64,000 nucleotides of DNA from Paraspadella gotoi (Eukaryota; Animalia; Chaetognatha), in contig JBJCIZ010000239.1 of NCBI GenBank assembly GCA_051294375.1, positions 4,072,402 to 4,136,401 of the forward strand, in the 5' to 3' direction. The number at the start of each line of letters is the position of its first letter. Position 1 is the first letter of the stretch. Positions 54,251 to 64,000 of this stretch are shown piece by piece. Both the position numbers and the translations under genes were made by a program. The notes beneath the pieces are model-generated. The model made no database searches. It was not told the DNA's origin and worked only from the letters and a program-made list of their open reading frames with translations.

Positions 54251-54587
54251 TCTCAAACAGTGTTGTTTCATTGCAAACATTACACAATTCAACTTTGTCA
54301 TAAAGTATTTTAAATAACAATAAAAAATGTTTCAATGTTGTTACGAAATTATGAGAATCGGAAAACTGGCAATTTCATAAAAGAGATATTATATTTTGGT
54401 CACGTGCTCTTTTGTTCCGTTGTGATTCTCACTGCGGTTTTCAAATTAGTCGGATTTGTCTTCGAGGAATCTGAGTGGTTTTAAGATTCTCACAGCATTT
54501 TTTTATTGCACGTATAAGATGATTTTGTATACTTTAAGTTTATTTTTGGTAGTTTGAACAATTTCTATTTTTACAGAATTAATTAAT

Positions 54588-54731
<144 letters not shown>

Positions 54732-54758
54732 TGCGGTTTTCTGAAGCAGAGGGGGTCT

Positions 54759-54897
54759 TATGAAATTGGTACAACCAATATAAGAAAATTATCCATTCTT
54801 TCAATAAATTAGCTATATTGACCTTGACTTTGGACAGGCTTTGGTGATTTAAGGCCTCCATCACTCTGACAAGATAATGACATAGCAGTTCCTGCAC
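54759..54897 (-). mobile_element. Family A 3' half
   Basis: tatgaaattggtacaacc...gactttggacaggctttggtgatttaaggcctccatcac...gacatagcagttcctgc. Confidence 0.75.
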
Positions 54898-54965
54898 CTG
54901 AGGCTTAGAACAGTAATTTTTAAACATTAAATTATGGTGGACTAAAATCAACCAACCGTTCATCA

Positions 54966-55038
54966 GCGGCCATTGGTGCCGGAGGGAAGTCATTCGCCTC
55001 CCAACCCAAAGGTCCGGGGTTATAGCTCGGTGGTCGCC
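54966..55038 (+). pseudogene. tRNA-like sequence (Gly-CCC-like); tRNA pseudogene or SINE head
   Basis: 73 nt. Acceptor stem GCGGCCA/TGGTCGC, A-box-like TGGTGCCGGAGGG, TCGCCTCCCA as in tRNA-Gly, degenerate B box GGTTATAGCTC. The anticodon stem does not pair well. Confidence 0.55.
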
Positions 55039-55242
55039 TAGCAGTTAAGAGGGACGGGGCGCTTAACCCGCCTGTGACTCGGTATTACAGCCTGATCTGA
55101 AGCTCAAGGACTGCTTATATTTAACTGTTCTGTCACTAACACATAACGATAATTACTGTCTCGTCAAAATATTTAAAAAATTTCTGCGGTAATCTACTAG
55201 ATATAATAAACAAAGCTATTTTGCTATTATTATTTTTTGTCT

Positions 55243-55335
55243 ATGAAATTGGTACAACCAATATACTCTCAGAGTACCTGGCTTCCCTATCAATGAAGTG
55301 GTATAATATTTCAAAGAATGTTTCAATTGTAATTT
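55243..55335 (-). mobile_element. Family A copy with its 5' and 3' ends joined directly
   Basis: atgaaattggtacaaccaatat (3' end) abuts actctcagagtacctggcttccctatcaatgaagtggtataatatttcaaagaatgtttcaattg (5' end). Confidence 0.7.
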
Positions 55336-55711
55336 AATTGTATAAACACGTGATCTACTTCCAAAAAAAATAATATTCTTCAAAATGCTTCAAATGCTGA
55401 ATTTCAAATGCTGAAAAATGCTGACGGCGGTTTTATAAAGAGAGAGAAGGGATTTCGTTTCTCTCTCTCTCTTTCTCTCTCTATCTCTCTCTCTCTCTCG
55501 CTCTTTGTTACTTTTCTTCCCTTTCAGCTTGAGTTTAGTTGCTCCCAAGCTGAAAATTTTTACAACTGAAGAAACTTCCTTTTTCTTTAAGAAAAAAGAA
55601 AAAAAAAAAGAGAAAAAGTTAAAAAGAAAAGAAAAAAAGAAAGAAACTCGGATACTTTTTTCTACTGAATATTCCCTTTTTTTTTTGTTCTCCCTTCTTC
55701 GTTTATCCTCT

Positions 55712-58311
55712 TTTTTTATTCGCACCGAGAGTACTCGCGGAGCAACTCTATAAGCCACTTTTCGGGCGGACTATCGGTCTGTCGGTCGGTCTGTCCCACT
55801 TACGTTGAAAATGCTCATAAGACACAATGAAAAATAACGTGGCGTTACTGTCTCGTGCTGATTTTGTCCCTTTAAAATTGTTTCTGAGCCAAATTAATTG
55901 ATTATTACTTTTGGTAATATGTGCGATATACACTACTGGACATTACTGTGTCTGACCATAACCCTTGACCATCAACAAAAAAGCTAATTAGATCAAAAAT
56001 AGTAAAAAAGATGAAGCAATATAGCTCAAAACGCTTACAAAATTTTAGACCATTGCTTTTATAAATGCAAAAAAAAAATAATAATATTAAAACAAAACTT
56101 TAACGATAAACTTAATAGTAAAACCGAAGACCAAGATGATATTTTATACCCATTCATTTCTTCAAATTTATATGAATCATATGTTTGTGAAATTAGTCAA
56201 TTAATCTAATAACAATATTGACAAATTCATTTTTCAATTTTTTTTAGATGGGAAGTTTTTCTTCTGCTTTTTCCCCTTGGGTTAATATTATCTAATTTAT
56301 TAGAGGTTTATTTCCAAAAACCTTATTAAATTACTATTTTTTTCACCTTTTTTCAATTCTTCAAACCAAAAAACAACATTCATAAAAACATTTAAATAAT
56401 AAAAAAAAATTGATTGAATGATTTTGGAAAAAAATATTTTTGAACTTTGAATAGAATAATGGATTCGAGTTAGGAAAAAAATTTTGCAAATCTAAAAAAA
56501 CATCAAAGCCTCTAGCCTTTCAATTTTTCTAGAGGCTGATTTTTTATTTTTTTTGATATTTTGATTTTCTATGCAAAAACCCATTATTCTCAATGAGCAT
56601 AGGTCAGAGGAAATTTTTTCTCCAACAATTTTGAAAAATATTCAACTTTTTAAATTAGGCTTTTTTTGGGGATATAAATAAATTAATTATTATACGATGG
56701 GATACATCTGAAAGTTGATATGTCTCTAAATGACAAAAAAAATTTTTCTTCAAGTTTATTTAAAATTTAAGTATTGTATCAATAGAAAATAAAGTGAGAA
56801 TCCTCCCCTTTGCCAAAATTTTTTTATTAACAAAGATTTGTACTGCGTAGTTTAAAAAAGTTATTTTTTTAAATAACTTTGAAAAGAAAAGAGCTAGCAA
56901 AGATGGGTGTTGGTATCAAATTAAAGCCTAATCATGGGACACACCTTTCTAAAAAAGTTTTATTAAATTAAATCTATAAATCTACACAGCTTTTGTTTAA
57001 ATCAGAGTTAAAAGTATAACAGTTTTCTTTAAATTTTTAAATGAAGGCATATGAAATTTTTATTTTTCTTTTGTAATTTTGAAAAGGAAAGACTGAAATA
57101 CATTTTGATTATTATTAAATTTTCTTTATTCATAAAACTGCTTATATTTTTAAAGTAAAGTAAAAAACAAGCAAAAAATTCTAATATTGTAGCTTGATAA
57201 ATGCTTTTATATATATACAAAAAATAAATACAAAAAAATGTTTTCAGCTTGATATAAACGTCTGGACAATCTTACCTTCTTGTCTGTGAAAAAAAAAATC
57301 GGCATTTTTCATATCTTTAACTGCAAACTAAAAGCTTGACACACTGCTTGTTTATCATAATAAGTTTTTAAAAAATTATATTAGCTGGCAATATATTTGA
57401 CAAAGCAAACATCATGTGTAAATTGTATGATACATTTTCTTTTATACCATATAGCAAAGGAATTTAATTCCTATTATTATCATCCATTTTAACTTAAGGC
57501 CAAAAAAATAATTTCTCGTATAATACCATTAGAAAGGGTTCATTTGACTGACTTAATGATCGCATAATTTTTTTTGAGGATCAATCTCTTTACTGCCCCA
57601 TTTCACAAGATATCAAAGGTCCACTGGTTTCATCCTCAGTTAACCAGTCCAGACTTATCTTTACCCTTTATAACAACCTCGGCTTTCTGATTTCTTTTTT
57701 CCCTTTCAATGATATTTATAATAAAAAAAATTATTTGAGAGAACAATCGGCGTGGAGGATTGCCATTGGTAAGCCTTAGTTTACCCCATTTCCCGATCGA
57801 ATATTTTAAATGAGGTTTTTTTCCATCTGTTTGAAACATAACACTACTATGGTACTATTATTTTTTTTTTCTCTAATTACAATTCTAGGAAATAAATATG
57901 AATAAGTAACTTTTTAAAAATTTATCATCTTTCACCCTATATTCGGTCATATCTAAAAACAAAAAAAGATTTTGCATTGATATTTTGGATATCGACATAT
58001 GAAAACTATAACGTTTAAAAAATAAAAAGAAAATATAATAATATTGAACAGTGAATTTTTTTTAATGCAACGGAACAGTAACGTTACGCCATTTTTCATT
58101 GTGTCATAAGTCGGCTATAGTTGGTTGCTCATTTGTTAAGACAGCAAAAACCTCAAATCAAAATGACTGCTAGCGCCGCCTTTAGTTAACCCTAAAACTT
58201 AAAAGAATAAAATACGGAATTCCTATGCAGTGCGTATCGAACATACTGTGTAAACACAGTCTAAGAAAGGCACTGCAGCGCAACACACACAAGAATTTCC
58301 GTTCTTGTTTT
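55712..58311 (+). mobile_element. Family B copy split by a nested TIR element (halves 55712-55820 and 58106-58311)
   Basis: gagtactcgcggagcaactctataag...aatgctcataa resumes after 58105 with gtcggctatagttgg...gactgctagcgccgcc...ccgttcttgtttt. Confidence 0.7.
55821..58105. mobile_element. Non-autonomous DNA transposon with ~32-bp TIRs, superfamily unassigned
   Basis: Left end gacacaatgaaaaataacgtggcgttactgt; right end (reverse complement) gacacaatgaaaaatggcgtaacgttactgt. ATAA is duplicated on both sides (or CATAAG if the termini are ACAC..GTGT). AT-rich interior with no intact ORF. Confidence 0.8.
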
Positions 58312-59007
58312 ATAATTGCGCAGTTAATATTAATTATCTAAAAATAAATATATATATATATAAATATATATATATAAATATATGTAGAATTAAAACAAAC
58401 AAGCATGTAAAACCGATTCATTTAAGTTAATACTTTAGAGAATGGTCATCTATCCTGTCATGAAAGCCTTGTTGTGCATGAATTTCTTACTTATTTAATC
58501 TAGTCATCAAATAAAACGGTATGCACACACCAAAAAAATCACTATGCAGAACCTTCCAAAAAATTTTTCCCTTCTCCATTTTTTTACGATTCGTTAATGT
58601 TTAAAAAAAAATAACGAAATAAAAAATAAATTTAAAAAAAATTAATCTCGCTAATTCGTTTTAAAGGTTTTTCTTTTTTATTTTGTTAAAATTAATTTTT
58701 TTTATTCTTTCCGATATCCGTTTATTGGTTTATTCCTACTCTTCTTACTTAATTTTCGATTATTTTTCCCTTTGTCTCATTTGGCTATATCTTTTCTTTT
58801 TTCTTTCTGTTCTCTTTTCTGTTTTGATAATTTATTCATTATCTTTATGTATCATTATTCTTTTTACTTATTTTCTCAGTTTTTCTCTTTCTTATTATCA
58901 TCAACTTTAATTTTTTTTCTAACTCAGTCTTCCTTCTTGGCTTTGTTTACGCTTTCTCAATTAGACACTCTCTCTCTATCTCTCGCTCTCCGTCTCTCTC
59001 TCTCTGT

Positions 59008-59046
<39 letters not shown>

Positions 59047-59078
59047 TCCCACTTCTCCTCGTCTCATCTCTCCTCTCT

Positions 59079-59114
<36 letters not shown>

Positions 59115-59210
59115 CTCTCCTCACTCTCTCTCTCCCTCTCTCTTTCTTTCTCTTTTCTCCTCCTTTTCTCTCTCTCTTTCTACATCCTCCCTCTCTCTCT
59201 CTCCTCCTGT

Positions 59211-59259
<49 letters not shown>

Positions 59260-59401
59260 CTCTCTCCTCTCTCTCTTTCTATAGATTGTAATTTTCTCTG
59301 TTATGGTTTCTTCCATTTCCTATTATGAGGTTTTTCTTTCTTTCTCTCTCGCGCCGTCATCTGGCAAATGAAGGCCGGAGTATCGGAAATTCATTCCCAC
59401 C

Positions 59402-59486
<85 letters not shown>

Positions 59487-61193
59487 AGAAGAAAAAGAAA
59501 GAAAAAGAAAGAAAGAAAGAAAAAGAAAGAAAGGAAAGAAGAAGAAAAAAAAAAAATGAGAAAGAGAGAGATAGAGACAGAGAAAGAGAGAGAGAGAGAG
59601 ACAGAGAAAAAGAGAGAAGAAGAAGAGAGAATAAGGTCATTGGGGGGTCATCCAAAAATTGACCCTTAGTGGGGAGCCAAAACAGCGCTTCGGCCGAATT
59701 AAGAAACAAATTATTTCTTATCTTCGCTAACTACACGACAAACAACAAAAAAACAACGACGAAAAACAACAACATAACAATGCGATAACACGAGCGAGTG
59801 ACACGACGGAGACACGATGACAGCATCGACAAGACGACGATGACGACGAAATAAAAAAGTCACTCGCTGCCTAAGAATCTGAAAGCCAAAATTAAAAAGT
59901 ACGGTCAATGAACATAATGACGAGAATGTTGATGATGATGATGATGGTGAATAAAATTACTTTTTACAATAATGACGATGATGATCAATAATATGATGAA
60001 GATGATAGCGATAATAATTACGTATCAGGATTCTAGTCACGTAATTCAAAAAATTATGAAATGGAGATGATGATGTTGATGATGAATGATGATATGATGA
60101 TGATGATGGAGAATGAATATGATGATATGATGATGATGAGTGATGATGATGATGGATTGATGATGATGATGATGAAAGATGATGATGATGATGAATGAGA
60201 TGATGAATGATCGATGATAGTGATGATGAAGATGACGACGGACCAAAGAAAATAAAAAAAAGACAAAGAAGCCAAGATTCTTTTCGACAATCGCGCCTAA
60301 TTAAAAACTCAAAGCAGCTTTTTTTTTAGCTCAACCTCTTCATCTTTTAGCCTTTCTCTCTCTCTCTCTCTCTCTCCTCTCTCCGTCTCCTCTCTCTCTC
60401 TCTCTCTCTCCTCCTCTCTCCTCTCTCTCTCTCTCGTCTCTCTAGAACGGCACTGAGGCCGAGTCCCGCACTGAGCAAAACGACCGCACACTGCTTCTAC
60501 TTTCTTCATTTTTTTTTTTACTTATATTCAGTTTAGAAAGAAAAAAAAAAGAAAAGAGATAGAGGACCCACATTCGTGGTAGAACTTGAGATCAGGACCA
60601 CAGCGTTTTGAGGTGTCGCGACGGTCATCTTTTTTTTTTGGTTGAACAATTTTTTGGAAGACAATGACGGCTAATATGAAAGATTCGCATGTAAAAGGTC
60701 TTACGGTACCTTTTCTTTTCTTTTTTTTGGTCAAATTTGAACTTGTTTTAATTTTTTTTTTCCTTTTCTTTTTTCTCCCTTTTCCTTTTTCCTTTCTCTC
60801 TTCGCGGAATGTCCCCCCCCCTCACTTTTTTCATTTTCCTTCAGCATTTCCATACTCTTTTGCACCTGTCGCTCTCGAGAAAAGCAGATGCCCATCGCGC
60901 GACCGATCAAGAGGAAAGAAAGAAAAGAGGGAGGAAGGGAGGAAGGGAAAGAAAGCGGAATGGAGGAAAGAGGAGAGGAGAGGAGGAAAGAAATAGGAGA
61001 GAGGGAGGAAGGGAGGAAGGGATTGATGAAAAGGGAGGAAAGGAAAGTTGAAAAAGAAAAAAAATGGAGGAAGGGAGGAAGGGAGGAGTTTAAAGATGAG
61101 GAATACTTGATGATAGAGGGAGGAGGTATAAGAGAGGTAAAAAAGGAAGGAATATAAAACAAAGAAATAAAAGTGAGAAAGAGTATATGCATT

Positions 61194-61230
<37 letters not shown>

Positions 61231-61407
61231 TATACAGCACTTTCAAAAAATTTAGGAAAAAGGTAAGAATCTAAAAGCAGGAGGAGAAAAGAGGAGAGAT
61301 GAAGGTTTTGGAAAGAGAGTCCGGTCTTAAATCAACTCAAAATATAAATAAAAACCAGAAACTCTTTAAAAAATTGTACAGAAAGAGAGAGCTAGAAATA
61401 ATTACAA

Positions 61408-61455
<48 letters not shown>

Positions 61456-63310
61456 ATTTGGCGTAAGTTTGAAAATCACAGTAAAATCTTTACATTCCAA
61501 GTTAGTCCCTTTATCAAATGAGTTAGTAAAAGCTTTCAGTTGGTTTAAAACGCTGACGTTCAAGTTTCTCTGAGTCTTTTTAATTTCTGACAAAAAGTTG
61601 GGCGCGAATCTTCTATCTAGATTTTAGGCCGTGCAAACTGGTGACCGTTGGGGGGCGGAAACAAGAAAAATAGCTGATTACTCTCCTGCTCGACATCATC
61701 CATCGTGCTCTTCGATCAGTGCTCGGTCGTCTCTGCGCCAGTGCGTCCGTCGTACGTCGGTCCGTCATCGTCTCATCTGAGTTGTCGGTGGATGATGACC
61801 TTAAAAAACTTCGAGAGGCAGAGGCGCAAAGAATTCTGTCGTAATATTCTCGCAGCTTTTTTGGGGTGCTTATTCTTCATCTTTCGGGCTCTCTCATCTC
61901 TCTCTCGAGTCCGCTCTCTGACGGTCGTCTCCCGTCCTCGGTCCTCGAGAGGTCCCTCGCGTCCTCCTCTCCTTCTCCATCCTCTCTCTCATCTCTCCTC
62001 TCCATCAGTCTCAATCTCCCTCGTCTCATCAGACTCTCATCTCACGAACATGCGCAGTCAAGGTTGGCTCGCTCGTCGTCTCTACTCTACGTCGGTCGTC
62101 TCAATCCCCTCATCGTGTTTTCTTTGGCCTTGTTGCTTCGAACTTCCCCTCGTTGCTTAATTGCCACATAAAATTCAGGGAAAGACTTTTCGCAGGATTA
62201 GCAGAATGCGAGAAGAAAAAAAGTTAGAGCAANNNNNNNNNNNNNNNNNNNNNNNNNNNNNNNNNNNNNNNNNNNNNNNNNNNNNNNNNNNNNNNNNNNN
62301 NNNNNNNNNNNNNNNNNNNNNNNNNNNNNNNNNNNNNNNNNNNNNNNNNNNNNNNNNNNNNNNNNNNNNNNNNNNNNNNNNNNNNNNNNNNNNNNNNNNN
62401 NNNNNNNNNNNNNNNNNNNNNNNNNNNNNNNNNNNNNNNNNNNNNNNNNNNNNNNNNNNNNNNNNNNNNNNNNNNNNNNNNNNNNNNNNNNNNNNNNNNN
62501 NNNNNNNNNNNNNNNNNNNNNNNNNNNNNNNNNNNNNNNNNNNNNNNNNNNNNNNNNNNNNNNNNNNNNNNNNNNNNNNNNNNNNNNNNNNNNNNNNNNN
62601 NNNNNNNNNNNNNNNNNNNNNNNNNNNNNNNNNNNNNNNNNNNNNNNNNNNNNNNNNNNNNNNNNNNNNNNNNNNNNNNNNNNNNNNNNNNNNNNNNNNN
62701 NNNNNNNNNNNNNNNNNNNNNNNNNNNNNNNNNNNNNNNNNNNNNNNNNNNNNNNNNNNNNNNNNNNNNNNNNNNNNNNNNNNNNNNNNNNNNNNNNNNN
62801 NNNNNNNNNNNNNNNNNNNNNNNNNNNNNNNNNNNNNNNNNNNNNNNNNNNNNNNNNNNNNNNNNNNNNNNNNNNNNNNNNNNNNNNNNNNNNNNNNNNN
62901 NNNNNNNNNNNNNNNNNNNNNNNNNNNNNNNNNNNNNNNNNNNNNNNNNNNNNNNNNNNNNCATCTGTCATTTTCTGTCTCTTAATTAGCTGACATTACT
63001 CCCCCCCGCTCATTTTTCGGCTTCACAAATTATCTTCCCCTTCAGTTTTCACGTTTCCTCCTCTTCGGTCTTCACAGACTTTCACAATCGCCATTCACGA
63101 TCTGCAATCCTCTTCACTGCTATCTCCCAAACTTTATACGTTATAACTTTTTTCTCACATTTTATATAACAGAAGTCTGTTATATAATTTTCTTTTAAAT
63201 TTTTAATCAACTATTAATGGTAAAAAAAACATGCATATCATTTAATGAATATGTCGATAAGGCGCTAAGTTGACTGAAGATAATTATCTGCAAATTATCT
63301 GACCTTCTCT

Positions 63311-63365
63311 CGCAGCCATGGAACGGGACCTGGGGTTCGAACCGGTCTTGTGCGGATTTTTGGCA
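63311..63365 (+). repeat. Short repeat with a Pol III B-box-like motif (possible SINE fragment); inverted copy at ~51890-51947
   Basis: gccatggaacgggacctgggGTTCGAACCgg vs the reverse complement at ~51910-51940, gccatggaacgggtcctgggcttggaaccagg. Confidence 0.45.
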
Positions 63366-64000
63366 GTCCTCACTTTTGGAGAATAACACCGGTACCTCAT
63401 CTTCATACACCAATGATATTATTTAATGAGTGTAAACTTGTTGTAATGCCCAACTTCTAATACGACTTCCAATACTAATATTTTCTAATAATTTAAAAAT
63501 TCACGTTTTCAAAAATCTTGAAGAAAAACTCACTTTTCTAACGATTCAAAATTTAAAGCCCTCCCTCTTTCTCTCTCTCTCTCTCTCTNNNNNNNNNNNN
63601 NNNNNNNNNNNNNNNNNNNNNNNNNNNNNNNNNNNNNNNNNNNNNNNNNNNNNNNNNNNNNNNNNNNNNNNNNNNNNNNNNNNNNNNNNNNNNNNNNNNN
63701 NNNNNNNNNNNNNCTCTCTCTCTCTCTATCCGTTGCAGTTTCCCTCCCTTCCTTTTCCAGGAAATATAATTAAAATTAATGGAAGCTCTTTTTGTTTTTT
63801 TTTGTTTCATGCATTTTTTTCTCCTCGCGGTCTAAACGCTTGTCGTCGTCGTCGTCGTCATCGTCGTCGTCCCAGGTGTTAAAAATTGCAAGTCTCTTGG
63901 TTCGTCCGCATATGGCGAGCGACAACAACAACGACAACATTAGCATGTTTAACAGATTCAAACCTTCCATTTTTTTGTAACCAATAATTACGAAAATTTT

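Noticed and set aside
57622-57650. Hammerhead-like core CTGAGGA-T-GAAA on the minus strand
   Set aside because: Helix I and helix II cannot form; it is only a short inverted repeat (actggtt/aaccagt).
55823-58103. Transib/RSS-like element, suggested by the CACAATG ends
   Set aside because: No 5-bp TSD at CAC..GTG boundaries (taaga vs tcata), no nonamer-like motif and no transposase seen.
61690-62170. 151-aa and 101-aa ORFs
   Set aside because: Scrambled (CT)n/(TCG)n sequence next to a gap; looks like unpolished read sequence.

Overview
Non-prokaryotic, AT-rich, microsatellite-saturated draft scaffold. It looks metazoan; arthropod/crustacean is only a guess. I found no intact protein-coding gene, rRNA or CRISPR array, and nearly all listed ORFs are translations of (AG)n/(CT)n, (GAC)n, (TTTC)n tracts or N gaps. 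The interpretable content is transposon-derived: (i) a frameshifted BEL/Pao-type gag relic (coiled coil plus three Cys/His knuckles, minus strand ~37040-39052) between two ~291-bp direct repeats; (ii) a 2.3-kb TIR element with a target-site duplication nested in a Helentron/DINE-1-like repeat; (iii) a 608-bp TTAA-flanked foldback MITE; (iv) several dispersed repeat families and a tRNA-Gly-like cloverleaf. Much of the large-scale structure looks like long-read gap-filling artefact: two foldbacks and a ~4.6-kb tandem duplication are each centred on a 25-N gap, and a 5.77-kb tandem duplication differs mainly by small indels. I cannot support a genuinely new biological system. The best candidates are the direct-repeat-bounded gag element and the unclassified TE families. 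All family assignments are by eye and from remembered motifs, not database searches.
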